64,000 bases of DNA from the human T2T-CHM13v2.0 reference genome, Homo sapiens: the NCBI RefSeq assembly GCF_009914755.1, contig NC_060933.1. One strand, given 5' to 3'. Numbering within the stretch: the stretch's first letter is position 1; the number at the start of each line of letters is the position of its first letter. The notes under the pieces were generated by a model. That model ran no database searches, had not been told where the DNA came from, and was given only the letters and a program-made list of their open reading frames with translations. The position numbers and the translations under genes are program-made. This document shows positions 42,600-56,808 of the stretch, in pieces.

Positions 42600-43700
42600 T
42601 AACAAATGTAAGACTGATGAAGAACCTGAAACCTAGTCTAGATGAAAACATTATTGAAGAATGCCTCCTGCTATTAAAAGAAAAAAATCGCAAAGGCTGA
42701 AATGTCTGAAAATAAATGGCTAGATGTGATGAACAGCTAACAACAAATTGAGAACCAAAATCTATACCATATTTTATATAATAAATCTATGTATAAATTT
42801 AATGCATAGAATATTCACGGAAAAAAATTAAATCATGATGTAAAGGAATAACCTGCAATAATTATAGTGAATGCAGCATAAAAGTAAAAAGAGAAAAAAA
42901 TTAAAAAGAAGTGGATAGATATGGAGAAGCCAAGTATAGTCCAATAAGTATCAACTGACATTCCTAAATAATAGAATCTAAAAAATTGAACCATTCAAAG
43001 ACATAATGCTGGAAAAATCTTCTGACATAAAAGAAGAATTTCACAGGCAAAGCAAAAAATTGAGTGCCAGGAACATTTGATTCAGAACGATAAATATCTA
43101 GACATATTCTGGCTAAAAGAATTAATGTAAACAATGACAAATTTTTTAAAGAAAATGAGTAGGAAAACAGGTCATCTACAATAAAACAAAAATCAGGCTT
43201 AAGTCTTCTTTATAGCACTATTCTATGGCAGAACACAAAGGAGAAATGTCTACAAAGTTCTGAAGGACAGAAAATAAAAGCAGACCCAGGAATCTTGCAT
43301 CTATCTACTTGTTCAAATATAAACAGAACTGTCAATCTCAAGTATACAGGAAATCAAGGAATATAGCACTCGTTAGCACTTCTTAAAAATCAACTCTGCA
43401 ATAACATCTTGCCCCAAAAAAAGATGAACGAAAAGAAAGAGCTCAGGAACAGAAAATACTTGGTAAATCTAAATATAAAATTAATTTAAATTTGAATATA
43501 GTATAAATTTAGTAAATTGAGCAAAGATAGCTAGAGAACAAAATGAAAAAGAGTTAAACCATGGCAAAGTAAGTGTGCTATATCATCCTATATGGAGAGA
43601 GAAGAGAGGGTGACAGGAAATGGAAATATTTTAATCTGGTGGTAGTGGGAGAGACAGTACTTCCTAAAATATTTATCTAAAGTTCAAACAGAAATTATGA
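42600..43700 (+). mobile_element. HAL1 (half-L1) / ancient L1 ORF1-like remnant
   Basis: ctagacatattctgg...aaaatcaggc...aatgtctacaaagttctgaagg...gacccaggaatctt. Confidence 0.7.
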
Positions 43701-43769
43701 AACAATTAAGAGATTGGAAATTTTCTTCTTAAACTTCCTTAAGTCTCTATTTCAGACAATATAGGTGGC

Positions 43770-44212
43770 TACTTTCTCATAATGCATCTGAATGTATAAG
43801 ACATACTTACAAAAAAACTATTAATAATTATATTGAACATGGTTATCAAGTTATTAAAAAGAATTGTTTGATATCAAAATAATTTTGCTTCTTTATTAAT
43901 GCATTAAATAACCAAATCCAATAGTGGGTTTAATAAATATTATAATTTTAAAGAAGTGACAAGTGTTAATGGTATTTTGAAATATCTGAAACACATGTAA
44001 CGTGATACGAAAATGTCTGTCACAGGTACTATCAATGCTACTATGATTTGCAGTCTTCCTTCATAGTTGAATGAAATACTAAATTTCAATTAGAGCTTAG
44101 CAAAAATGAGGATGTGATTTTTTTTTCCTCATTCAGGTTCACAGACCATCTGAATTCTTTCTTTCCACAGGTTTCCAGGCATCCTTAGACTTTCATATTA
44201 AGAAATTCTTTT
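43770..44212. mobile_element. hAT-Charlie (Charlie4-like) fragment
   Basis: aaaataattttgcttctttattaatgcattaaataa...gttcacagaccatctgaattc...ttaagaa. Confidence 0.7.
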
Positions 44213-46139
44213 CTAATGCTAACATAATTTAGACTCTCATAATTTTTTCATACTTGAAAAATAGTCTTAAATATATGAATAGATGAAATTATTTTTTCCT
44301 CTGTCCTTAAACAGTGATGAAATGAATCACTTTTCCTCTCATTATATTCAACTTCCAGTGATTGATTTGTAGATTACAGTATCAGTTTTAAGTGTCCTTA
44401 TCTTGATACATTTAGATTATGAAAAGAAGAAAAGGCTAGGAGAAAATTTTGTTTTCAGTCTGAATTGCCTTAGGTAGGTTATGAATATGGGAAATAAGAG
44501 ATGTGGCATTTGCTTGCACACAATGCCTTCTTTCTGGTTTCTTGGTGCTCACTAGCACTATATTGGGTGAATGAGAAATTCCCAAAGAGTTGTAGTTATG
44601 GCCTCTATAATTCCTAGTGGCATTAAACATTTCAACACAACAGAATTTGAAAATAATACATCAGTTATAATTTGCCTACCTGAAACCATTGAACTTTGTC
44701 AAGTAGAAAAATACCATATGTTCAAACAACTGACTCTACTGAAGCTGCAACTTTAGAGACAAACAGAAGGAAACGCAAGTCTGGGGGGCATAAGGTAAAC
44801 CTTGGCAAAGTGACTTTTTTCTAGGATGAGAGCCTGGTAGACATTTAGATTGTTTTATAACTAGGATTCTCTGCAGGATGTGGGATAAAAAGAATTTTAC
44901 TGCCTGTCCAATGAATCGAACCGGTTTTTTATTCATACATTTTTGAGGTTCACTTGAACTTGACTTTGTCCTCAAACTCCCGTGGCCACTCTGGCTTCCT
45001 GTTATTATCGGCCAATGAGTCCAAAATGTATCATTTTCTTCCTTGATTCCCAGATGGTCTGTATATGCTGTTCACTCTTATACTGCATGTTGGGCTTGCT
45101 CTGTCAATCAAAGATAGACTATTTCTTCCTAAAGCAGCCTGCTTGGGTGGTCAGTTGGCCTCCGGGTTTCTATATAATAATGTAAGATGAGAAATTACTC
45201 AACACATGCTGAGTTATACGAGGAACATTAATGGGACGCTTCCTGGGATAGAAAACGATGGCCCCTTTTTTGCCTTTGAGTTCTTTAAAGGTTCCACTGA
45301 AAACACTTTAATAAATGTAGGAGTCAGGCAATAAATGCCTCATTTTTAAATAAGCAACTCCATTGTGATTTAGACAGCAGACATCTCACAGTTCTTAGGC
45401 AAAAGTATCAACTTCCAGGAATTTGTTTTCAAGTATTCATTTACAATAGCAAGAATAAAATATGCTACTGGATGCCGGGTGCTGTGTATTGCAGTGGGTT
45501 TCTGCCAAAGCAATAATCATAACCTATTTGCCAATAAGGTTCCAAAATATATAATAGATTTCTAGGTAGTTTGGTGTGCAGTGAATATTTATAATTGGCA
45601 GTGTCTATGTCTATGGTGCAGAAGTCTGTGTAGTGTAAATAATAAAGTTAGTTACCAATGAATAAAGTAGCGCTCAACTCTAGGAGTGGCTGGTATCTTC
45701 TGCATTCGTGAGAGATCAGAGGAGATTAACAGAGACTTTCTGAAAACAAAGACAGGTATGACAGACTTTGAATTCACAAGTATTGCACTAGACTCTTCTA
45801 TAGCAATATGTAAATTACCTGCCTGTGTCTCCTGGTGAGTAAGCATATTCTAAGAAGGCAGAAGTAGACTCATTTTTCATGAGAGAAATCTAGAAAAGAA
45901 ACAAAGTCATGAGAAAGTAGAACTCCCTTGAGAATAAAAGAGAAGAAGGTGCAGAAATGGTGACTTCATAAAAAGATGAAACTAGCAAGCACTATGGAAT
46001 GTCCCTTTATATCTGCATGCAAGAGTTTGGCCAATGTTGCAAGAGATGATATCTTCTGAGTTAGCAAACATAGTTTGTTGGAAGCATTTATATTTTAATT
46101 AAAATCTTGCATAACTTATATCAATTTCCTACTCTCAGT

Positions 46140-46464
46140 CTTCCATGTTGTTGTGTAGGTATTCTTTAGATTAGATTAACATTTAAATCAGTAGACTTTG
46201 AATAAAGCATATTACCTTCCAATCAATTGAAGGTCTTAAGAAAAAAACTAATTGAGCTCTCCCTGAGGAAGAAGAAATTCCAGTCTGGCAGCAGACTGGC
46301 TTCAGACTTCAGCTGCAACATCAGCTCTTCCTTGGATTTCCAGCCTACCTAACTACTCTGCAGATTTTGAACTTGCCAGCCTCCACAATCATGTGAGCCA
46401 ATTCTTTGAAATAAATTGTTCTCTCTCTTTCTCTTTTTTGTCTCTGTCTCTTTCTCTCCCTCTC

Positions 46465-46512
<48 letters not shown>

Positions 46513-46547
46513 TAGTTCTATATCTTCGGTGAACCATCACTACTATA
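46140..46547 (+). mobile_element. MLT2B-like ERVL LTR
   Basis: gattaacatttaaatcagtagactttg...gaacttgccagcctccacaatcatgtgagccaattc. Confidence 0.9.
46467..46510. repeat. (CA)22 microsatellite
   Basis: Perfect 44-nt CA run. Confidence 0.98.
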
Positions 46548-46839
46548 GGTCCTTACCAGAGTCTCTTTCAAAACGATAGAGGTCTCCAACTCCAGAATAC
46601 CCTCATGATATGTTTGGGGGACTGGACAAAAATTGGAAGTGCTGGTGAGCCCTTTTGTATTTGAGGCCTGAAATGGGAAGTGGCCCTAGCCCAGGACAAG
46701 CAGGTTAAGGCAGGTTCTATTCATTGGCAGAGGTCTCAGCACAAATGGAGCCTATGTTCCCACATCAGCTTTTGCCCAGGAAGTAACTGTGTATATAAAT
46801 GGAGCTGGGAGCAGCTAGTGTGATGCCATCTCTCTATGC

Positions 46840-47330
46840 CACCTCCTATCTCTTATTATTGCTGTCATCTATTTACCAGTGGGTTATGCCACTGCAGCCC
46901 ACCCTCAGTTCCCTGACAACTTTGGCTCCTCACCCTAAATCTATTGCCATTTTTTGTGACTTCAACATCTACAACAGATGACCCATCCAACACCTGGTTC
47001 TCATTCCCTTACTTCCTTATATCCAACAACATACTATTTATTTTCCACCCCACCACAGTCAAGTTTCATCTTGGACCTTATCATCACTGGTGACTGCTCC
47101 AATTCCAACATCTCAATTTCAAATTTCACTCACTCCATACACTTCTTTCAGCTGACTTGTTCTAATATCCCTCTTCTACAATTCTTTGACCAAGAAGACC
47201 CACAACTCCCTTGATCTATTGCTTTCTCACTCTCTGTCCATGTCTTCTTGTTTTGCCTGCCCCCATTCTTGTTCAATTTATCATCATCTGGTTCCCATTG
47301 TGCTAACACCATGGCAAATGCCTTCAACTA
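46840..47330 (+). mobile_element. L2 internal (endonuclease-region) remnant
   Basis: gctgtcatctatttacca...tgtgacttcaacatc...cttggaccttatcatcac. Confidence 0.7.
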
Positions 47331-47839
47331 TGTGGAGGAAAAATGCGTGCATCTCACTGAGCATTTGAACCTAGGGATTCCTAAAAGACTAGGCCCTCAT
47401 AATTTTGAAGGGTAGTATATTCTTAGGAAAGGTGATGAGGTAGCAGGGGCACTTAAAGGCCTTCAGGGAATTGGTAACAGATTTATCAGCAAGTAAATTA
47501 AAAGTAAAAAGCATTTTTGTTAGTTTATTTTAGTTTATCGGGTTGGGGGCTCCTTGTAGATGGCAAGAATTAACCTTGACTTTCTGAATCCCCTCAACTG
47601 AAGTAACTTTATGCAGCCACCAGATCTGAAAATCCTTCCCTTGTTCTAAATGCAAACGAATAGAAAGATTTTTTAAAAAATAACATTTAGGCATTTTGTG
47701 GGACTTTTTGTTTCATATTGAGTAAAGACATATATCATCACAGTTACATTTGCTGGTGGCTGACTGCTCACTTCCAAAATCATCTACTCGTATTTATTCC
47801 AAGGGGTTGGTAGTTCAAATAATCTGTAAATTATCTGCT

Positions 47840-48030
47840 CATGTTGGTGAGCTAATAGCCACATATAACTATTTAAATTAAAAATAATTGAAATGAAAGA
47901 AAATTAAGAATTTAATATTTTGGTCACATGAGCCATATTTCATGTGCTCAGTAGCCATATATGTCTAGTGGCTACCGTGTTGGACAGTGTAGAGAAACTT
48001 TCCATCATCACAGAAAGTTTTATTGCACAG
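47840..48030 (-). mobile_element. MER3 (hAT-Charlie)
   Basis: ctagtggctaccgtgttggacagtgtaga...ttccatcatcacagaaagttttattg. Confidence 0.9.
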
Positions 48031-48225
48031 GAGTAGAGACTACGGCCCCAGGCCAAATCTGGCTCCTGGCTTATTTTTGTATAACCTGCAAGCTAGGAAT
48101 AGTTTTCACATTTTAAAAAGATTTTAAAGAAAAATATGTGACAGAGACTGTATGTGGCCTGCAAAGCCCTAAAATATTTCCTATCTGGATTTCTACAGAA
48201 GAAAGATTGTCAGCTTTGTCTTAGA
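48031..48225 (-). mobile_element. MER58C-like (hAT-Charlie)
   Basis: ggccaaatctggc...gacagagactgtatgtggcctgcaaagccctaaaatattt. Confidence 0.85.
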
Positions 48226-48329
48226 TAACAAAGCACTTAAATGTGGATGTTTGTGTAATGCAGTTTGGAACGTTACTGCTCATGGTCAAGAATTTTATTT
48301 GTCACTATATTATGGTATGCAATTTAGTA

Positions 48330-48800
48330 TAATACATGGTTTATGCTATTGAGCACTAATTCAATTAAATACTGAAAAAAAATTAAAACGTCAGTTGCTA
48401 GAAATGCTTAGATGAATAATGCATTCAAGGAATTCACATTTTGTTGGAGTAGGTAGATGTACAAAATTCTACCTGTAGCATTAATTAGACTATAAGTACT
48501 ACTAATAATGGTATTAGACACAATGGTATTCGAGAGGAGAGCAGGGAGTGAAGAATTCTGACTAGGGCTGTGTTGCTTGGACGTAAAGAATGCAGCATCT
48601 AAGTGGGACTTAAGGATGAGTATGAATTAAGTAGGGAGGCAGGGAGAAAGGAGTTCCAGGCTATGGAAGCGGCAAAAGCAAATGTGTGGTGTGTGGTGAA
48701 AACACATGGGGCATCTGAAGAAATGTCAAGTAGCTGAATGTGATTAATCATAGCCTGAAGAGTAAGTGATGTACCAGGGAAACAAATAGGAATCAGAGTT
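48330..48800 (-). mobile_element. L2, diverged
   Basis: ttcaaggaattcacatt...ttaaggatgagtatgaatt...gttccagg. Confidence 0.6.
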
Positions 48801-50853
48801 GGTATTTGATGAGAGATGCTGCTTTTCTATTACTAGGCAGTGAGTGGGCAGACTCACAGGTCCTCAGAAGAAAGCCCTAATCTGTTGGGTACCTGAAGTA
48901 TTACAGAAAATGATATAACCATTTTTTAATCCCTCTAGGTTTGGTATCTGTATTTACCAGATGTGATCAAGGGCTTTGAAGCTGCAGGAATGGTAGATTC
49001 AGGGACACTGTAGCAATGGGAAATTGACACAGCCACCTCTAATGATTTAGCTTGACTTAGTATTTTTCAGTTTCCATGTTGCGTTGGGCACAGCAAGTCA
49101 TGTTTGGTGGGAAGAAGGATTGTAATGGTGGTCACAACCAAACAATTCTGAAGGTACAACCATAAAAATGTATATTTTGCCTGAGACTGCAGAAAAAAAA
49201 CTGAAAAAAATGTCCCCCTCTGCACAGGAATTCTGCACTGTTGAATTCCCAAGAAACCAAGCTGAGTGATAGAGTCAATGTAAGAATCATAATACTATCT
49301 AAGAATAGTATTATGAACAGAATGGCATTGGATCTGATGAACTTGTACCCCTTCCACCTGCATTTGCTGGAGTTTTATGATTGTGAACATTTGACAAAGG
49401 GCTTAACTGAGCCCTCTGAAATTCTAGTACTTTGTTTCTGGGAGCAAAGCAAGTAGCCTGTGAGCTTCTTAAATAACAGGCATGGTTGATCCAAAACTCA
49501 TGAGAAAGAGTTTGGATCTTTCCCTTTGCTGCATGATGACATCCAATGTCTTATTATTAGCTGCATTTGTTTAACTTTTTCATTTTATTTAAAACACAAG
49601 AGACTATCTTCTTTAGCCAATGGCCACAAGGACCAACTATAGGATAGGTTATGCCAAGTTTAGAACCTATTCAAAATTCGTGGATATGAAGTTTCAACCT
49701 AAACTCAAACCTTTTGGTGTCTGTGTTAATTTATATCTGGCAAACAATAATTTCCAGATTTTAAAAAGGAAAAACAAAACAAGAGAAACCTTCCTTGGAA
49801 GCATATATTAAGGCCTCTTGGATACTGTATACTTCTGAGGAAAAAAAAAACCCACTGATGTTTTAAGAGAAAGCCAATAAGAAACATATGGATTAAATTG
49901 CCCTCAAAAGACAGAAAACTTCAAAAGTTAGGAGGGAATAGGACTTTCCAAAAACCTGCTGATGTTTTAATGACCCCAAACTTTGTAAGAAAAAGGGATA
50001 AGCCCAACATATAACCATAAAGTGAATGTTTTTATTTCTAGCCAAAATTAATAATCACCAATTTGTCTCCCATTATCTCTGCTTCATGGATGATGAAATT
50101 GAGAGAGTATGTTGCTAAATCATGCCACAGGGAGATATAGGATTCAGATATCAGATGATGATGTCATTGCCCTTGTTTTTGAGTATGAGAAAAGGAAACT
50201 GCTGGAATGGTTTACCTGGAAGTCCTAGACATAGCGACCTGGCATCCTGGTGAACTTCTCCAATCCTTTGGTCAATTTTCCCACAGAAAAGGACAAAAGA
50301 AACACTGGTTATCCATTAAGTCTAGATTTTGGGCCACACGCAAGGGATTATAAGGTATACTCTTTATATCTTGATGTAGTAGTGCTGCATCACCAATACA
50401 TTTCATGTAGTAAACTCAACTCTGAATGCAGTCCAAAATGTAAACAGAGAGAGGGGGAGCAAAAGGACAAGAAAATGCAGGTAATTCCAGTGCCATTCTA
50501 CTCAGTGAGCTTGAGATGGGAGACCAATCTCTTCAACCTCAGCTGATCTCAATTCCTAAGTAACTTTCCTAGTGAGCTCATCTTGCTTCACTGAAAGTAA
50601 TTCTAGTGATTAAATAAACAGACATAAGTATTTATAGAAAATGACCCGAGTGTAAGCCACCTACTACAACTGCAGCTTGACTAAAGAAATGGTGATTTAT
50701 TTTCCAAAGATAACTGTAATGGATTCACTGAGAAACTGTACATTGACTTGCCATGTGGCCCCTTTCTAAAGACTTTTTCAATAACAATTTTGATATCCTG
50801 CATGTTCCTTTTCTTTCGCCTTGACTTTAAAATTAAGCCCCTGCATAAGATGG

Positions 50854-51515
50854 TGTGACAGATATTTATTTATTTATTTTTTTTTTTACTATAGTTGCTG
50901 CATCGGCATTCATTTCTAGGCCTAACATGAGTGTTTTGAAACCCACTAGTACCTTTGGACTAGTTAAAATTTCCCCTCTCTGTGCATTTGTTTGTGAGAT
51001 AGCCCACTTGCTCCTCATCCCACTGACAAAACACCAAGACACCTCACAGCTGCTGACCACAAATATCCCAAATGATCAACACCAGGGTCATGTAAATAAA
51101 TTCTCCACTTCCCACGTGTTTCTGTAAACTAGCCAATCCACAACCCCTGAGGGAAAACCTAAGTGTTATCACACGTGGACCTTAATAAGGGCATAGTCCC
51201 AAATGCTTTTATTGAGAGGTCCACGGGTCGTCTTTTTCTCTCCCCTTACCTGCAGGCTGGGCTCCCTTCCACCTCTTCTCACTGGCCTCCTGTTTGTACC
51301 CCTGACCTCTCCGGGATCTGTAAGTAATATATTTATTCTGTGTCATGCATTTTGGGCTTACCTCTTCGTGTCTCAGCTGACTGACACACCCCAATCCAAC
51401 TTTTCCCCATCAGGGCTCTCCTAGAAAGTGGTTATCTTGGCTTATGGCCCCTTGAAGTCTAGAAAAGACTAGAAGACCAAATTAAAAATAAACCATAACA
51501 ATAAAAATCACAGCA
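50854..51515 (+). mobile_element. ERVL solo LTR (MER74-like)
   Basis: aactagccaatccacaacccc...gtggttatcttggcttatggcc...aagaccaaattaaaaataaaccataacaataaaaatcacagca. Confidence 0.8.
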
Positions 51516-51689
51516 GAAGGAATTTTTCCACTATGACCCACCTGCAGAAGCCCAGTAACTGGATAAAGACGAAGGAAATTCAGAGAGATGGGAAACTATA
51601 CCCATGGTATAGCATTTTCAGTTAATGTTCAATAGAAAACATTAAAGGATAGAAGATAGAGCTGCTTACAATAAAAACACGGACAAGAG

Positions 51690-52225
51690 GCAGGCTTCGC
51701 CATAGGGGTTTCTTGTATATATTATTTGTCTCCCAGATATTAAGCCTAGTACCCATTAGTTATTTTTCTTAGTCCTCTCCCTCTTCCCACTCTCCACCCT
51801 CCAATAGGCCCCAGCGTGTGTTGTTCCCCTCTATGAGTCCATGTATTCTAATCGTTTAGCTCCCACTTATAAGTGAGAACATTCAGTATTTGGTTTTCTG
51901 TTCCTGTGTTAGTTTGCCGAGGATAATGACCTCCTGCTCCACCTATGTCCCTGCAAAGGGCAAGATCTCATTTTTATGACTACGTAGTATTCCATGGTGT
52001 GTATATACCACATTATCTTTATCCGGTCTATCATTGGCTGGCATTTAGGTTGATTCCATGTCTTTTCTACTCGGAATAGTGCTGCAGTGAACATACACGT
52101 GCATGTGTCTTTATGATAGAAGGATTTATATTCCTTTAGGTATATATTCAGTAATGGGATTGCTGGGTTGAATGGTATTTCTGGTTTTATGTCTTTGAGG
52201 GATCCCAACACTGTCTTCTGCAATG
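51690..52225 (-). mobile_element. L1PA (L1PA11-13-like) 3' UTR fragment lacking its poly-A end
   Basis: attaagcctagtacccattagttatttttc...ctcccacttataagtgagaaca. Confidence 0.93.
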
Positions 52226-52491
52226 AAAACCCTGATTTTCTATATCTGGACAAAAGACTAGGACATAACGAGAATTTTAGCGGAAGGAACTGAGGGAGAG
52301 AGATTGCACAGCAGACAAGGACAAATAAAGGGAAGGTGGAAACAAGGGTAAGTGGACTTGCCAAAGAAATAGGCTTAATAGGAAAGAATTGTTACATGGG
52401 TATGTTTATGACTTTTAAGCATTTGACTTGCAATAAGAGTGCAGTTACTGTTTCTAATGGAAAATGGCAGACACTAAAAATACTGAAGATC

Positions 52492-52815
<324 letters not shown>

Positions 52816-52849
52816 TTATGAAGGTGAGCAGTGATTGAGATTAAAAAAC

Positions 52850-53280
52850 AACACAGGGTTTGGTGTCAGATAAAGAAAGTGAGAATTATAACGATTTTTA
52901 TCTGCAAAATGGCTATAATAATAGTGCCCAGGTCACTGGATTGTTAAAAGGCTTAAATGAGGCCCAGCATAATGCTCGGCAAATAGGATGCAGAAAAACC
53001 TGATGTTTACTTGGGGGTATTCAGAAATTCTCTACATTTAGATATCTTCCCAGATCTCATAAGACCTTGAAATAAAACTCCATCTTCCTGGATATAGAAA
53101 GTAAGACTGGATGTAAGCCTTTGGGGTTAAAATAGGCTTGAATTTGAATCATTTTTACATCTCTAGCTTCTTGATACCCCTCAGACAATACCTCGATCTA
53201 ACTTTCACAGTTCTTGTGAGGATCAAATGAGGTAATATATACATTAAAAGACTTAACACATGGTTTTCACTTAGAGAATC
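52850..53280 (+). mobile_element. Two MIR remnants (about 52850-52990 and 53090-53280)
   Basis: tatctgcaaaatgg...ttaaatgag; ttgtgaggatcaaatgaggtaatat. Confidence 0.6.
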
Positions 53281-56155
53281 TTTGTTCCTTTCTCCTTCAC
53301 TTTTTGTATTTTTGAAGTATCTTAAATAGCTTTAATAGGACTTTTTAAAAAGTTAGAATTACTTTTGCTCGTGATAAAGATCTGACATTTTTAACCGAAA
53401 GATGGCTTCAAATATTTTTAATTAGCATTTTCTAAAACTACAGATTTTGAATTTATAACAACCTTTATCACTATGTTTTCAAATATATTCCATCTTTTCA
53501 CCTCAGATTTGTTTGACTACCTAATATTTGTGTGCGTGTGTGTATATAAATACATAAATTCAAGGGCAAAGAAAGTACTTTTGCTAGCTTTACTGAGGTA
53601 TAATTTACATATAAAATCCATCAATTTTAAGTGCCTATACAATTCAATCAATTTTGACAATTGCATAAAGTCATGCAACCACGGGCACTATTCGGTTATA
53701 AAATATTTTCAGCACTCTAATATGCCTTCTGGCAACCCCTTCGGTGTCAATGTCTTTGTGCCACTACTGGGTCTCTGGTAAGCACTGATTTCTTTTCCTT
53801 AAAATATTTTCCCTTTTCTAAATGTTTATATTACTGAAATCATAATGCATATAATCTTTTTTTCACTTAGCATGAAAATGACAGGATTTCATTCTTTTTA
53901 TGGCTGACAGTACTCCACTGACTATATATACACCACATTTTGTTTATGCGTTGATGGACACTTAAGTTGATTCATATCTTTGCTATCATGAATAATGTTT
54001 CAGTAAACATGTGATTGCAGGTGTCCCTTTGATATACTGATTTATTTTCCTTTGGGTAGATATCCAGCAGTGGGATTGATGGATTGAATGATAATTCTAT
54101 CTTCAGTTTTTTGAGAAATCTTCATACTGTTTTCCATAGTAGCTAAACTAGTTTACATTCCCACCAACAGTGTATAAGTTCCCTTTTCTCCACATCCTTG
54201 CCAACATTTGCTACTTTTTGTCTTTTTATTCATAGCCGTTCTCACTTGGGTAAGGTAATATCGCATTGTGATTTTGATTTGTATTTATCTGATTAGTGAT
54301 GTTGAGCATTTCTTCATGCACCTATTATCTGTTTGTATGCCTTCTTTTGAGAAATATCTATTCATGTTCTTTTCCCACTTTTAAATTGAATTATTTGTTT
54401 TTTGTACTGTTGAGTTTCTTGTATATTCTGGATATTAATCCCCTGTTGGATGTATAGTTTGTAAATATTTCCTCCCATTCAACAGGTTGCCTCATCACTC
54501 CATTGATTATTTCTTTTGCTTGAAGAAGCTTTTTAGTTTAATTATGTCCCATTTGTCTGTTTTTGTTTCATATGCTTTTGAGGTCTTAGTAATAAATTCT
54601 TTGCCTAGACCAATGTTCTGAAGAGTTTTCTCTATGTTTTATTCTAGTAATTTTATAGTTTTAGGTCTTACATTTAAGTCTTGAATCCATTTTGAGTTGA
54701 TTTTTGTATGTAGTGAGAGACAAGGATCCAGTTTCATTCTTGCGCACGTGGCTATCCAATTTTCACAGTAACACTTATTGAAGAGGTTGTCCTTTCTCCA
54801 ACTTATGTTTTTGTGTGTTTTGTCAAAGATCAGTTGATTGTTAAGTATTTTGCTTTGTTTCTGGATTTTCTATTTTGTTCTGTTGGTCTATTTGCCTACT
54901 TTTATACCAGCACCATGCTGTTTTGGTAATTAGCCTTGTAGACTTGACGTCTGGTAATATGATATCTCCAGCTTTGTTCTTTTTGCTCAGGATTGCTTTG
55001 GCTATTTGGGCCCTTACTTGCTTCCATATGTATTTTAGGATTGTTTTTTCAAATTCTGTGAAAAATGGTGTTGGTACTTTTATAGGGATTGCATTGACTC
55101 TAGATTGCGTTGGGCAGTATTATTTTAACTATATTCTTCTGATCCATAGCAAGGGAAGTTTTTCCTTTTGTTTGTATCATCTTCCATTTCTTTCCTCAGT
55201 GTTTGGTAGCTTTTCTTCTAGAGATCTTTCACCTCCTTGGCTAAATTTATTCCTAGGTATTTTATTTTTGTGGCTATTGTAAATGAGATTGCCCTGTTGA
55301 TTTCCTTCTCACCTAGATTCTGATTGGTGTATAGAAATGCTATTGATTTTTGTATGTTGATTTTGTATCCTGCAATTTTACTAAATTCATTTATCAAATC
55401 TAAATTTTTTAGGGAAGTATTTAGATTTTTCTAGATATGAGATTATATCATTAACATAGAGGAACAGTTTGACTTCCTCTTTTCCAATTTGGATACCTTT
55501 TGTCTCTTGCCTGATTGTTTTGGCTAGGACTTCCAGTACTATGTTAAAATAGGAGTGGCAAAAGTGGGCATGCTTGTTTTGTTCTACTTCTTAATGGACA
55601 GCTTTCAACTTTTCCCCATTCTGTATGATGTTAGAAATGAGTTTTTCATATGTGGCCTTTATTATTTTTAAGGTACATTGCTTCTATGCCTAGTTTGAGA
55701 GTTTTATTAATCATGAAAGGGTATTAAATTTTTTCAAATCCTTTTTCTGCTTCTATTGGGATGATCCTATGGTTTTTGTCCTTCATTCTGTTAATGTGAT
55801 GTATCGTTTTTATTGATTAGTGTGTGTTGAACCATCCTTGCATCCCTGGTATAAATTTAACTTGATCATGTTATATTTTCTTTTTGATGTGCTGTTGGAT
55901 TGTATTTGCTAGTATTTTTCTGAGGAGATTTTCATTTATTTATTCAGGATATTAGTTTATAGTTTTCTTTTTTTGTTGTATCCTTTTGTTTTGATATCAG
56001 GGGATGCTGGCTTTGTACAATGAGTTAGGGAGAATTTTCTTTTTTTTTTTTGGAATAGTTTGAGGAAAATTGTTATTAGTTCTTCTTTTTATGTTTAATA
56101 GAATTTGTCTGTGAATCCATCCATTCCCAGGCTTATCTTTGTTGTGAGATTTTTT

Positions 56156-56306
56156 TCGTTTTTTTAAATTTAATTTTATTATTATTATACTTTAAGTTTT
56201 AGGGTACATGTGCACAATGTGCAGCTTAGTTACATATGTATACATGTGCCATGCTGGTGTGCTGTACCCATTAACTCGTCATTTAGCATTAGGTATATCT
56301 CCTAAA
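56156..56306 (-). mobile_element. Severely 5'-truncated young L1 (L1PA3-like, about 150 bp)
   Basis: ttatactttaagttttagggtacatgtgcac...gtcatttagcattaggtatatctcctaa. TSD gagatttttt at 56146-56155 and 56308-56317. Confidence 0.95.
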
Positions 56307-56516
56307 GGAGATTTTTTATTACTGATTCAACCTTACTACTCATTATTGGTCTGTTTGGGTTTTCTTTTTTCCTGGTTAAATGTTGGTAGGCTCTGTGTGT
56401 CCAGGAATTGAATTTTCTCTAGGTTTTCCAGTTAGTCAGAATATAGTTGTTCATAATAGACTCTGATAATCTTATTTATTGCTGTGATATCAGTTATAAT
56501 GTCTCCTTTTTAATTT

Positions 56517-56808
<292 letters not shown>

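Noticed and set aside
45596-45606. TGGCAGTGTCT, matching the 5' end of miR-34a
   Set aside because: Match ends after 11 nt and there is no hairpin partner.
45692-45840. Good plus-strand splice donors (CAG|GTATGA, CTG|GTGAGT)
   Set aside because: No convincing upstream polypyrimidine acceptor; cannot be supported without RNA data.
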